Origin: a virus | Lineage: Duplodnaviria > Caudoviricetes | DNA length: 41,058 nt | Reading direction: 5' to 3' (one strand) | IMG/VR virus record: IMGVR_UViG_3300020413_000989 | Span: 1-41,058 of that record | Part shown: positions 17,327 through 27,186 of the stretch, in pieces | How the letters are laid out: each line of letters opens with the position of its first letter | Numbering within the stretch: the stretch's first letter is position 1 | Notes under the pieces: model-generated | What the model saw: only the letters and a program-made list of their open reading frames with translations | Database searches by the model: none | What the model was told of the DNA's origin: nothing | Program-made: the position numbers and the translations under genes

Positions 17327-18600
17327 ATTGTCTCAGCAGTGTCATAAAAGTTTAAAAACATACTGGTTTGACCATTTATGTTAAAAACTAAATCAGACTC
17401 ATACAAAAAAGTATCTACCTTTGTATAGTTTTTGGATCCATCGCAACATATTACTGATTCTGGACGCCAAGTAGATTGTACTAAAGGCTTAGGTATCTTT
17501 TTACTGTTAATATACACTATTTTTGTTGTGTTTGCAAGTGAATTGTTTATGCCATTATCTTTAACGTAGGTATTAAATTCAGCCCCCGTTCCTTTATTTG
17601 GTAATCTTACTAATACTGATATGTCTTTTGGATCTATTAAATTTTTAAATTGAGTATGGAATTGTTGTAATTGCTCTAGTGCTCTTTTATCTTGCATACT
17701 TACTATTACTAATAAAGGATATCTTTGTAACTGATCAATGCACTCAGTTAGATGATTCAGTTGCCATTTTTTTAAATCAATATTAATCATAGGATATTTT
17801 CTATCTAAAATTTTTTTAGTCAACACAGATAGATTAGATTTACTTTTTTCAACTTCAAATGTATCGAAATGTTTTAGTCCTAATTTTATTTTTCTATCGT
17901 AGAATAAGAATAAATTATCTGCACTAGGCTTACCAAACTTATTTAAATGATGTGTTGTTACTGCTTTGCTAGAATTTTTAATTTCATAATTATATATTCC
18001 TGGCACATAGTCATTAGGATTATTTAAAATGTGTTCGACTTCATCATAAATTTTCAACAAAACAGGATCTATATCTTTTATTCTCCCTTTAAATCTTCCT
18101 ACAAGTTTATGTATAATTCTTTCATCAAAAGGTAAAAGATATTTGTCTTTTATTCTCTGTGAATAGAATCTGCCAACTTTATGTGGAAATAATTTTTTAA
18201 TATCGCCTACTAATTTACTTAACATCAAGTTAAATGGAAATCTTATTACAATTATTTTTAATGGTGTAAATCCACCCCAAATGCCGTCTTGATAATCGCC
18301 ACCGTCTTCTATTCTAATGTATTTCGTTCTATCTAAATGTCGAATAGGTTTACGTAAAATATTTGCACTGTTTTGTATATCTATATCTCTTAATTTAAAT
18401 TGTGAAGCATACCTGTTGACCAAAATACGTTTTACAACTTCGTATTGTTTGTCGGTCAAAGCACTACCTTTGAATACTTTTTTTGCAATATCTACTAAAA
18501 TTTTCTTATCTCTTTCTAAAATTACAAACGACTTTGCTACTGGGCCAGTCTCAAGTCCAGCCATTATCTCTAAACATTGCTCTATTGGATATGTTTGCAT
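17323..18600 (-). CDS. Hypothetical protein, first gene of the UvsW operon
   Basis: Long basic ORF with an ATGA overlap to the helicase and its own promoter. Confidence 0.75.
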   Translation of the reverse strand: MQTYPIEQCLEIMAGLETGPVAKSFVILERDKKILVDIAKKVFKGSALTDKQYEVVKRILVNRYASQFKLRDIDIQNSANILRKPIRHLDRTKYIRIEDGGDYQDGIWGGFTPLKIIVIRFPFNLMLSKLVGDIKKLFPHKVGRFYSQRIKDKYLLPFDERIIHKLVGRFKGRIKDIDPVLLKIYDEVEHILNNPNDYVPGIYNYEIKNSSKAVTTHHLNKFGKPSADNLFLFYDRKIKLGLKHFDTFEVEKSKSNLSVLTKKILDRKYPMINIDLKKWQLNHLTECIDQLQRYPLLVIVSMQDKRALEQLQQFHTQFKNLIDPKDISVLVRLPNKGTGAEFNTYVKDNGINNSLANTTKIVYINSKKIPKPLVQSTWRPESVICCDGSKNYTKVDTFLYESDLVFNINGQTSMFLNFYDTAETI

Positions 18601-18606
18601 ATCAAT

Positions 18607-18635
18607 AGTATAACGGATTTTGGTTAAAAAGTCAA
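18607..18635 (-). promoter_or_regulatory. sigma70-type promoter for the UvsW-to-mini-DnaE operon
   Basis: TTGACT-17 nt-TATACT, 6 nt before ATG 18600. Confidence 0.8.
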
Positions 18636-19460
18636 TCTAGAAAAGGGCAATCCTTGGGCAATTTCGTCAACGGTCCACTCTGTATTTGCATAATTGTTCA
18701 GCCATTGCTGTCTTTCCGGCATCAAAGGTTCATTGATGGTGCTGAAATCTTTATTTGCTACATCATAAGCAATACTCTGCTCACTAACATAAGCAGGTAT
18801 CCCATTTAATACAGCATGAATTCCAGGATTGCTACTGTGACTGACTACTGCCCATGCTTTTGTAAAATTTAAATCGAAATCATCATATGTATTTGTAATC
18901 TGTTTAGGCACTTCGTAACTCACATTGTCTAACACAGGTAAATTTAACAAAGGACATCTAGGGTGCGGTCTTACTATTATTTTTCTATCAGTATATTTTC
19001 TAATTTCTGTAACAGTGTTTCTTACATATTGATCTAATGCAGGTTGATCTTTCCATTGTTCACTCTTGTCATGTTGTAAACAAATTAGAATGTGTTCACC
19101 GTTTTGTCTCCAAGGTTTTACATTTATGTTAAATTGTTTTGCACGTGAATCATTATTATCTGTGGTTCCGAAATTTGCTTTTCGATTGATGCCATTTAAT
19201 CCAACTTTCCATGTGGTGTTTCTTTTTATGCCACCAACTTCAATCACTAAAACATTTTTATTTTGTTTTCTAAAATGTTCCCAAATGTCTTTATTGCGAG
19301 CCATTCTACCATGCCATAGCAATGACCATATCACTGGCACATCACAATCCATATTGTTTTCATCAACAGTATGTCCTAAAGTTTTAAGTCCTTTTGATAC
19401 GGCTTCCCATATAGGAGGACTGACTAAAGCACTATTTTTTGTAAACAAACTAAATTTCAT
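18624..19460 (-). CDS. Putative glycosyltransferase (KpsS-like paralog)
   Basis: IIVRPHPR, AVVSHSSNPGIHAVLNGIP and ERQQWL..YA.TEW..DEI..G. Confidence 0.6.
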   Translation of the reverse strand: MKFSLFTKNSALVSPPIWEAVSKGLKTLGHTVDENNMDCDVPVIWSLLWHGRMARNKDIWEHFRKQNKNVLVIEVGGIKRNTTWKVGLNGINRKANFGTTDNNDSRAKQFNINVKPWRQNGEHILICLQHDKSEQWKDQPALDQYVRNTVTEIRKYTDRKIIVRPHPRCPLLNLPVLDNVSYEVPKQITNTYDDFDLNFTKAWAVVSHSSNPGIHAVLNGIPAYVSEQSIAYDVANKDFSTINEPLMPERQQWLNNYANTEWTVDEIAQGLPFSRLTF

Positions 19461-20286
19461 TCCAATATTTTTCTGTTCGTTGTTGCATTAAATCTTTTCT
19501 AGCACTCTTGCGTTGTGTTTTTCTTGATCCTTTCATGTGATCAAAGTATTTTCCCAGTTCGGAATTGATTAAAGGATGACCACCACCGCCTGTCTTTGCA
19601 GTTTTAACATAGATATTTTTAGAATAATCATAATATGATGTATCTAATTTTGCAAGTGTTTTTAAAATATAACCAAACACAAAACTATCATGCCATTCAT
19701 TTAAAGTAAAGATGCCTTTGTCAGCGTCTTCGTACATCTTTTCAAACTGTTGCATAAATTTTTTACAAGTATTATTTGTTCTATTCAATCCATAAAAACC
19801 GCACTCGGGCCAGGTTTGTGTGCCACGTCCTCTACCTACAAAAGTGATCCATTTATCATCTGGTAGTAAATCTTCAAATTGTTTATATGATATAGGACTA
19901 TGCACAAATGTATCTGCGTCTATCCATACTACCCATTTTGAATCAGCAGACTTATAAGTTTCAAACACCGCATAAGTTTTATTTGCAAATCTTATTGCGT
20001 CCCATTTAAATTCTTTATGGTGATCTCTTGGTCGCTTTTCTGGGAAAGGACATTTACCATTTGCTTTGGGAACATTACGCCATTTGTTTTTAAACTCTAC
20101 TAATTGTTTAAGATTTGTTTGAGGCAATATTGTAATTTGTGTTTGATCAGGATTTACAGGCTCACAATCTTCTGCATACACAATAAGTTTTACTCCTTTG
20201 TCTACATTCTTAGCAAAACTGTTAAGAAATCTTTGTCCATACAAATCTAAACCTTCTTTGTGAAATGTTGTTACTGCTGTGATCAT
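19450..20286 (-). CDS. GT-A fold glycosyltransferase-like protein
   Basis: WIDADT (DxD), ECGFYG, WHDS and DHMKG. Start re-assigned to ATG 20286 (ATGA overlap). Confidence 0.7.
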   Translation of the reverse strand: MITAVTTFHKEGLDLYGQRFLNSFAKNVDKGVKLIVYAEDCEPVNPDQTQITILPQTNLKQLVEFKNKWRNVPKANGKCPFPEKRPRDHHKEFKWDAIRFANKTYAVFETYKSADSKWVVWIDADTFVHSPISYKQFEDLLPDDKWITFVGRGRGTQTWPECGFYGLNRTNNTCKKFMQQFEKMYEDADKGIFTLNEWHDSFVFGYILKTLAKLDTSYYDYSKNIYVKTAKTGGGGHPLINSELGKYFDHMKGSRKTQRKSARKDLMQQRTEKYWNEI

Positions 20287-21233
20287 TTTACATATTTCCT
20301 CATATGTTTCCAAGCCAATCCTTGTTTTACTTCATCTAAAGTCCAATGTGTTTGTGCAATTCTTCTTATCCAAAGTTCTCTATCATATGCTTGAGGATTG
20401 TCTAATTCTTCAAATTTTTTCATACAAACATCTTTTGCTTGAGCACGTTCAGGGTCAGTAACGAGTGTAGGAATCCCTTCGATTACACTCGCCACTGTTG
20501 GACTGCTGTTATGCCCAATCACTGCTTGAGCATGAACCAGTTCAGTTTTTAAATCTTTAGCACCGCTTATTTCAACGTTTGAAAAATCTCTATTGCCTGT
20601 GTTTATCCAATTACGAAGTGTGGCAATATGGGCACCTGTATTTTTGTCACCTGGATGAAATCTTACTCTAATTAATTTTTTTGGCAAAACTTTTCTTATA
20701 GATTGCACAACCATTAGTAACCAGTCTAATACTTTGGTGCCTCGCATACTCCAGCCGCCGTCTCTTTGACAACATATTAGAACGTATGCTCCTCCTCCTA
20801 GTCTCCATGGTTGCAAATCAATTTTAAGATTTTTCTTTATCTCTTCCCAACGCATTGGATCTGGTTTATCCCAGCAATATTCTGCTGTGTTAGGAAATAT
20901 TCCATCGTATCCATAACGTAAATAATTCTTTGATTGTGTTGGATCTGCAAATAAAAATAAACTACTGTCAACAATTACGGTCCTTTTTCCTTTTTGTTGC
21001 TGTCTATCATAGACTGCTTTACGTAAAATTAAATGTCTATGTTTTTGTGAATCTTGATGTGTAAAGCCTTGAATAACAGCCACGTCGGCATCTACAATAG
21101 ACCAAGTATTAAGCACTAATCCTTTATCACCAACTGCATTTACACCTTCAATAAAGTTTTTAATTATTAAAGGTTTTTGTGGCTTTTTGTTTCCAGGAGG
21201 AATACATTTCATATATGATACAACTTTTATCAT
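20283..21233 (-). CDS. Putative glycosyltransferase (KpsS-like paralog)
   Basis: IRVRFHPGD, HNSSPTVASVIEGIP and RELW..IAQTHW..DEV..G. Start re-assigned to ATG 21233. Confidence 0.6.
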   Translation of the reverse strand: MIKVVSYMKCIPPGNKKPQKPLIIKNFIEGVNAVGDKGLVLNTWSIVDADVAVIQGFTHQDSQKHRHLILRKAVYDRQQQKGKRTVIVDSSLFLFADPTQSKNYLRYGYDGIFPNTAEYCWDKPDPMRWEEIKKNLKIDLQPWRLGGGAYVLICCQRDGGWSMRGTKVLDWLLMVVQSIRKVLPKKLIRVRFHPGDKNTGAHIATLRNWINTGNRDFSNVEISGAKDLKTELVHAQAVIGHNSSPTVASVIEGIPTLVTDPERAQAKDVCMKKFEELDNPQAYDRELWIRRIAQTHWTLDEVKQGLAWKHMRKYVK

Positions 21234-22027
21234 GTTAATCCGTACCTCTGCATTATTCTCCAAGCCTCACCTGTTCCTAATTCTTTCCAATGATATTGAC
21301 AATATGCCAACCAATGTTGCCATTTTTTGACTTGCATAGGGTCAGCATATAGTGGTGATTCTATTTTACTTAAATCTTTCAATGTTACACTATCAGCGGC
21401 TGTCTTTTGTGTTGTAAATGCAGGAACTCCTACACAAACACTTTCTATTGCCGCTATACTTTGATATGTGACAACTGCATAAATTTTTTCTCTGATTAGA
21501 TACCAAGGTACAGATCCTTGTCCAACTCTTGAATGTCGCTTTCCTTTGTCTCTAATTATAATTTCTTTGTCTGTATGCTTTTTTAGTTCAGCAACAGTTT
21601 CTTTTACCCATTCGTCTCTGTTTATGTTATAAAATTTACAAGGCTTTTCACTAGGTGTTACTAGTAAAATTTTTCCGCTATGGTCTCTTCGCCATTCTAC
21701 AAAGTCTAGTTCCTGGCTTTGTTGTGCTATTCTCTTCCAACGATCATCTGGGCAATCAAAAATATTTGTGTGTTGCACATCATTTTTAACAATTCTATGC
21801 CAATGTTTCTTTTTTATTAAATTACCTACGTATCCTGTGTCGATGTAATAGAATGGTCTTTTGTTTCCTATAGACTCAAATATAACTTTTCTTTTTGCTA
21901 AACTTCTAAAACTTATTGGATTTGTTACTGGAGTTTTTAAAATTTCTTCGTAAGGAAGATATTCGGCACCTATACCTTGTACCCACGCTTTAAGAATCGG
22001 ATCGTCTTTGTCCCAATAATAGTGCAT
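21230..22027 (-). CDS. Putative glycosyltransferase (KpsS-like paralog)
   Basis: YYIDTGY, AVVTYQSIAAIESVCVGVP and W..WLAYCQY...EL..G. Confidence 0.6.
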   Translation of the reverse strand: MHYYWDKDDPILKAWVQGIGAEYLPYEEILKTPVTNPISFRSLAKRKVIFESIGNKRPFYYIDTGYVGNLIKKKHWHRIVKNDVQHTNIFDCPDDRWKRIAQQSQELDFVEWRRDHSGKILLVTPSEKPCKFYNINRDEWVKETVAELKKHTDKEIIIRDKGKRHSRVGQGSVPWYLIREKIYAVVTYQSIAAIESVCVGVPAFTTQKTAADSVTLKDLSKIESPLYADPMQVKKWQHWLAYCQYHWKELGTGEAWRIMQRYGLT

Positions 22028-22028
22028 A

Positions 22029-22709
22029 TCATTTTTGCATCATTTCGGCAAGATATTTTTTCCATACATCGCCATATTCGCAATTTCTATAATTTTTAAA
22101 CCAAGGACCGCCTTCGGTATAATGAATTGCACACGGTTTTCCATCTTCTGGTTCTTTATACCAACCCACTAACCAATTCCATTCATGTGATAATTTGCCT
22201 ACCTCTTCGTCTTTTAACCAACTGAATCTATGGAAATATTTTCCATCATAGTTTGGATTGTTAACTAAATCTACTGATAATTTTTCATTTGAAGGATGAC
22301 CACAATTATATAAAACCATAGAACTCCAATTTTTTCTTGGATACTGCGTTTGTTTTTGTCCATCCATTTTTATTCCTGGCTTAGGAGTATAATCATGTTG
22401 CACACACATCACAGCATATTTGTCGTCTGCTTGGTCAAAAAGTTCTTTTACATCTTTTAAAAATACAATATCAGAATCACAAAATAATGCCCATCCTTCA
22501 TAATTTGCAAGTGCTGGAACTAAAAATCTAGTAAACGTAAATTCTGTAGAAGCAAGTTTATCTTCACCTCTCCAATACCATTTGTCTTGACGTAGAGTAT
22601 TTTGATTTAAAGGAATAACTTCTGCTGAGTCACTGTGTGAGTAAATCGAATGTTCACACACTTGATAAGCAATATCTTCTCTTGTGTCGTATCCTACATA
22701 AATTTTCAT
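22029..22709 (-). CDS. Glycosyltransferase (GT8-like)
   Basis: VGYDTRE, STEFTFTRFLVP, FCDSD, YPRKNWSS, WNWLVG and HYTEGGPW. Confidence 0.85.
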   Translation of the reverse strand: MKIYVGYDTREDIAYQVCEHSIYSHSDSAEVIPLNQNTLRQDKWYWRGEDKLASTEFTFTRFLVPALANYEGWALFCDSDIVFLKDVKELFDQADDKYAVMCVQHDYTPKPGIKMDGQKQTQYPRKNWSSMVLYNCGHPSNEKLSVDLVNNPNYDGKYFHRFSWLKDEEVGKLSHEWNWLVGWYKEPEDGKPCAIHYTEGGPWFKNYRNCEYGDVWKKYLAEMMQK

Positions 22710-23056
22710 GACTTTGTGCCTACTGTTCGTCTTTCAATATCATCATGATTAAATTCTGCCCAATACAATTCGAAAGCAATGCCATCTTCTAATCCTTCAA
22801 ACTGGTGAAACTTTCCTGGTTTCACAGTTGTGTAATCGCCTGCGTTCAGAATTGTTTCATCAACAAGACCTTGTTGTTCAGCGTCTTGCCACACTCTTAC
22901 AATCATTTTGCCTGACTCAACAAAGAATCCATTCCATTTGTATTTGTGTTTGTGTTCTGAACATTTGAATCCTGCTTTGAATTCAATTCGATGAAATTCT
23001 AATACACCGTTAGCATGAATTAATTCTGTTTTGCCCCAAATTTTTCCTGCTTTCAT
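22706..23056 (-). CDS. Cupin-domain protein (sugar isomerase-like)
   Basis: K.WG start, CSEHKH....NGFFVESG and PGKFHQF. Confidence 0.8.
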   Translation of the reverse strand: MKAGKIWGKTELIHANGVLEFHRIEFKAGFKCSEHKHKYKWNGFFVESGKMIVRVWQDAEQQGLVDETILNAGDYTTVKPGKFHQFEGLEDGIAFELYWAEFNHDDIERRTVGTKS

Positions 23057-23775
23057 TACAGTTTATTTTCATATCCTTGTTTCGCTAAAAACTCTTTAAC
23101 GGATATAGTAGGTTTCCAACCTAGTTCTTTCATTTTTGTTATATCTGCTTTTGTATCAGGTCTTTCACCAGGCATACCTTCTCTCACTGGTAAGTTAGGT
23201 GCAATATCTTTTACACTTACACTTTCACCTGTTCCAACATCGATTGGTCCTTTGAAGTCACTTGCCATTAAAACAATCATTGCTTCTACAACGTCATTTA
23301 CGTGTATAAAGTCTCTTGTGTGGGGTGTTACATATTCTAATTGATTTGATAACAGTTTGTCAAAGAACATATTCAATCTTGGTGTTTCAGAATAAACAGT
23401 GTGAAATCTCATTGCTACCACGTTAGGATGTGGTATGTATTCTATCACGTGCTTAGAAGCCGCATATGGATTTCTCCATGGATCGTATTGTGAACTTGAA
23501 CTAGCAAACATCACTCTTGTGTTTTGATAATGTGCAAGTATTCTTTTTGTGCCTTCCACATTGTTATCCCAATATTTTTTAGGATCATTCATAGATTCTC
23601 TAACACCACCTATACCTGCAAGATGTATTACTAAATCTACTTCTGGTAAATCTGCTGTAAGAATATTGGCTTCTGCTTTTGTGTCAATACCAACTACTTC
23701 ATGTTTCTCTGTTTGTAATCGTTTTACTAAGGCTGAACCGATAAAACCTTTATCACCTGTAACTAATATTTTCAT
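23056..23775 (-). CDS. NAD-dependent nucleotide-sugar epimerase/dehydratase
   Basis: ILVTGDKGFIG, HLAG, ASSS, YAASK, RDFIHV.D and LGWKP. Preceded by ATAAATA (23798-23804) and AAGGA. Confidence 0.92.
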   Translation of the reverse strand: MKILVTGDKGFIGSALVKRLQTEKHEVVGIDTKAEANILTADLPEVDLVIHLAGIGGVRESMNDPKKYWDNNVEGTKRILAHYQNTRVMFASSSSQYDPWRNPYAASKHVIEYIPHPNVVAMRFHTVYSETPRLNMFFDKLLSNQLEYVTPHTRDFIHVNDVVEAMIVLMASDFKGPIDVGTGESVSVKDIAPNLPVREGMPGERPDTKADITKMKELGWKPTISVKEFLAKQGYENKL

Positions 23776-23812
23776 ATAGGATTCCTTTGTTTAAAAATAT
23801 TTATTGGGCGAA

Positions 23813-24481
23813 TTATTTTGATGTAGTAGATTTGATACCTTGTGTTTTGGTAAAATATGGTTTAAACACATACAACCATTCACATAATTGACGACACATA
23901 ATTGCATCGTTTGGCCACCATCCTATTCTATCTTGTTTTTCAATTATGTCTTTAGCCGCCCAGGGTGTAATTACATAGGCGCTATGTCCTGGTAAACCTT
24001 GCGGAATATTTTCAGGTGCAACCCAAGGCACTTTATTAAAACCATCAACTAAATTATTATGGTAATCTTTTGCTTTAAACGTGGCACCTCTTGGATCATT
24101 TATACTGTATGCTCCTACTAGTATGGCAGACGTTTCCTGTGCTGTAAATTTTTTTGTGAATATAGCATCATGTTCTAATATCATAATAGGTTGGTTCATA
24201 GACGCACACATTTGCCATAATCTAAAATGACTTTGTGCCGCGGCTATGCGTTTGAGATTGTCATAAGTTTTGTAAGGTTTTAGAAATAAATTTGTTTTTG
24301 GGCAAGTAATTTTTTTACCTGTAGGCCAAGTCCACGCAACAGGAAAAATTGTTTCCGGAGTTGTGGCATTAAAGAGTGTTGCTTCAATCTCGCTTTCTGT
24401 GTCTTGAATACTTTGCAAACAACGTTCAGCATATGACAAACTCCAAGCGTCATTCATTAATGTTATTATGAATGCTTTCAT
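23813..24481 (-). CDS. Glycosyltransferase family 25-like
   Basis: AFIITL, SHFRLW..C, ILEHDA and AYVITP.AA. Confidence 0.8.
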   Translation of the reverse strand: MKAFIITLMNDAWSLSYAERCLQSIQDTESEIEATLFNATTPETIFPVAWTWPTGKKITCPKTNLFLKPYKTYDNLKRIAAAQSHFRLWQMCASMNQPIMILEHDAIFTKKFTAQETSAILVGAYSINDPRGATFKAKDYHNNLVDGFNKVPWVAPENIPQGLPGHSAYVITPWAAKDIIEKQDRIGWWPNDAIMCRQLCEWLYVFKPYFTKTQGIKSTTSK

Positions 24482-25068
24482 TTTACAACTTTTAAGATAT
24501 AACTATCTTGCTTTTTCTTTGAACGCCAATCGTGATGTGTTACTTTATATTTTCCTATTGATTCAAGTAGTGTATTCCATTTTTTAGATGTAAAATCGTT
24601 TGAATGGCTTTTAATCCAAGGATGACTCATGGCAACTTTATCTAAGTTCCATACATCTTCAATATAGTAAGTGTCTGTAAACTCTATAAGATTATCAAAA
24701 GTTTTTTGTTGTCCTTCCGGAGTATGAAGTCCGTCGTCGATAATAAAATTAAACTTTTGTCCTAATGCTTTAAAATGTTCGTTACATTCAGGTGCAGTGC
24801 TATCTAGTTTCGCATAACTTACTCTAGAATTTTTAAGCATGGGTAAGTTTTCTGGTGCAACTCTACCAAACGTATCAATAGTGTAAATTGTGGCATTAGG
24901 AAAATATTCTAACCATACATTAATACTTTCACCTCTAAATGTTCCTACTTCTAATATATTAATAGGATCATTACGCATAGGTTCAAAATCTGCTTCGTAC
25001 AAGTCGCTGTAACTGTGCCAAATCTTTTCGCACCCATACTTGCGAAATAATTGCTCCATAATACTCAT
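24478..25068 (-). CDS. SAM-dependent (sugar O-) methyltransferase
   Basis: ILEVGT..GES, YFPNA.I..ID, FIIDDGLH and YYIEDV. Confidence 0.82.
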   Translation of the reverse strand: MSIMEQLFRKYGCEKIWHSYSDLYEADFEPMRNDPINILEVGTFRGESINVWLEYFPNATIYTIDTFGRVAPENLPMLKNSRVSYAKLDSTAPECNEHFKALGQKFNFIIDDGLHTPEGQQKTFDNLIEFTDTYYIEDVWNLDKVAMSHPWIKSHSNDFTSKKWNTLLESIGKYKVTHHDWRSKKKQDSYILKVVK

Positions 25069-25637
25069 AACTGTACCTCAAATTGATCGTCATGGAAGTT
25101 GTTTAGTTTGTATCCTGTGTTTTTAATAAACTGATTTACAGCATCTTTTACACCAGGTTTCTTAGGCCCATAGTCATCACCAAATAGTTTTCCGCCCGGC
25201 TTAATCATAGTAACTGCTTTTGTTAAATCGTGTAAACAGCCTTCATAACCATGACTTGCATCTACGTATATCCAATCTAGTTTTTGATCAAATGTGTTAA
25301 ACCATTGTTCTGTTGACATACGATGAATTGTTACAGGCTTGCCTGTAAATCTCTTTTTTACACCTTCGTATATCTTGTCGTAATATCTTTGGAAGCCTTC
25401 TGTAGTTGCTTCACCTGTAAGTTTTGAATAGCGTTCTAAGTATGCTTGGTAGCCACCAAATTCATTTGATCCTTTAAATACTTCAGGTGCCCAAGCATCA
25501 ACTAAATGAATATGTTTCGCTCGATTTAAAAATTTTAAAGCACTATCTCCTTGCCATACTCCTAACTCTGCACCAATACTATCTGCTGGAATTCGTTTCC
25601 ATGTTTGATCTGTACCTGGGTTTTTTCCAAACATCAT
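25065..25637 (-). CDS. Class I methyltransferase (Methyltransf_24-like)
   Basis: GAELGVWQG, LVDAW, DWIYVDASHGYE and KPGG.LFGDDY. Confidence 0.88.
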   Translation of the reverse strand: MMFGKNPGTDQTWKRIPADSIGAELGVWQGDSALKFLNRAKHIHLVDAWAPEVFKGSNEFGGYQAYLERYSKLTGEATTEGFQRYYDKIYEGVKKRFTGKPVTIHRMSTEQWFNTFDQKLDWIYVDASHGYEGCLHDLTKAVTMIKPGGKLFGDDYGPKKPGVKDAVNQFIKNTGYKLNNFHDDQFEVQL

Positions 25638-26410
25638 AAAATTTCTTCCTTTAAATTTATTTTCATTCCGTTATTGTACCCTCGACGTAAATGATGACTC
25701 CATTTACTTGGATCTCTCGTAGTATATATGTGTATTTTTTCAGGATCAAAATAAAGTTGTGACATATGTAAAAAACCACTATCAACTCCTACATGAAACT
25801 TTGCTTGTGACATTGCAAAAGCGATATGCGCCAGACTGTTTTTCAAAAGTGGATTTGTCGATTCGCCACCTACAATAATTTTTTCATAATTTTTGTATTT
25901 TGCAAGTATTTGTTGCCTATTTTTCTGCTTCATCATTCTGTTCTTAGAAGTAGAATCAAATTGCACTGTGATGAAATTATTACTTGGCAAACTTAAATCC
26001 TGTTGCCCTTTTGCTGTTAAATTAGGAAATAATTTAAGATACTTGGAACAATGAATTCCTTCTTTAGGTTCAAATCTTTGAGGGAAATCATCGTAAATTT
26101 GCTCTTCTGCATTTTTGTATCCTATATTTTTAACAAATTCTAAAAAGGATTTATTGTCTTTAGGTTCGTGATCTAAATGTTTTTCAATAAAAACTTTTCC
26201 TTCTGGAAACAGTGACATAATTTCAGGCCAACTGTCTGGCTTGTGTCTATTCCATTGGTATTTTGTTAAATGCAGTGTGACAGGTGTATTTTCTACTAGA
26301 CTGTAATTGTAACACAACATGATATGATGTATTCTATCTCCCAAACCAGGTGCTCCGTAAAAGAAGTTTTTTTTGATAGTGCTGTATGCTCTCATTACTA
26401 AATGTTTCAT
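25634..26410 (-). CDS. Putative glycosyltransferase (GT9/heptosyltransferase-like)
   Basis: N-terminal GLGDRI and C-terminal FHVGVDSGFLHMS. Confidence 0.6.
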   Translation of the reverse strand: MKHLVMRAYSTIKKNFFYGAPGLGDRIHHIMLCYNYSLVENTPVTLHLTKYQWNRHKPDSWPEIMSLFPEGKVFIEKHLDHEPKDNKSFLEFVKNIGYKNAEEQIYDDFPQRFEPKEGIHCSKYLKLFPNLTAKGQQDLSLPSNNFITVQFDSTSKNRMMKQKNRQQILAKYKNYEKIIVGGESTNPLLKNSLAHIAFAMSQAKFHVGVDSGFLHMSQLYFDPEKIHIYTTRDPSKWSHHLRRGYNNGMKINLKEEIL

Positions 26411-27186
26411 ATTTTTTTCAATATTTCTTCTATGTTTTCACCACGTTGTGGTAATTTATCACGTAAAAAGAAGTGAACGAAGTAACTTTCATTTTGTTTA
26501 TGTTTGTCTACTGCGGTGTATAATGAATTCCAACGCCAGTCCATATTTTTAACTTTCATTTGTTCTTTTTTCACCCACCAGTTCAACAACATCTGATCTG
26601 TACTCCACTTGTAAAAACCTACTCCATCTACAAAGTTCTTAAATTCAGGTCTTGAAATGAATTCTTTTGGTGTTTGACCTTTGAGGTATTTCGCAAATGA
26701 TTTATTCATTACCATCAATCCCATATTATAAAATTCAGCACCTAAGTGGTTCCATTTCCAGTCAACATCTTTTAAATTAGTAAAAGCACTTCTTGAATAT
26801 TTCGTAATTTTGTTTTTGTATTTGTGGTTTAATGGCAATTCTCTTTCAGCCACACCGCCAAAATCGTATTCCAACGGCAAGTCTAAGAAAATGTCAGGAG
26901 CATTAGATTTAATATAGATGTCACTGTCAACTATTGCTATCTGGTCATATCTATCAAAGTATTCAAATGCATTTTCTTTTTCATAAATTGGCATATACCC
27001 CAGTCTTTCAACGGCTTCTTTACTCCTACCTGTTCTTTCCATATCAGGTCGTATTTTTAATTTAGGTTCAGTCAGAACAATGTGATCTATACTATATTTT
27101 TTACAATATTCTGCTACACTGTTAATACAAGTGGTATAAAGTTTACTTGGTTTACCCACACTAACTTGAAATATTAATTTTTTCAT
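26407..27186 (-). CDS. GT-A glycosyltransferase (GT8/GT34-like)
   Basis: YCKKY, IVDSDIYI, YNMGLMV, DQMLLN, WN and FVHF. Confidence 0.8.
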   Translation of the reverse strand: MKKLIFQVSVGKPSKLYTTCINSVAEYCKKYSIDHIVLTEPKLKIRPDMERTGRSKEAVERLGYMPIYEKENAFEYFDRYDQIAIVDSDIYIKSNAPDIFLDLPLEYDFGGVAERELPLNHKYKNKITKYSRSAFTNLKDVDWKWNHLGAEFYNMGLMVMNKSFAKYLKGQTPKEFISRPEFKNFVDGVGFYKWSTDQMLLNWWVKKEQMKVKNMDWRWNSLYTAVDKHKQNESYFVHFFLRDKLPQRGENIEEILKKI

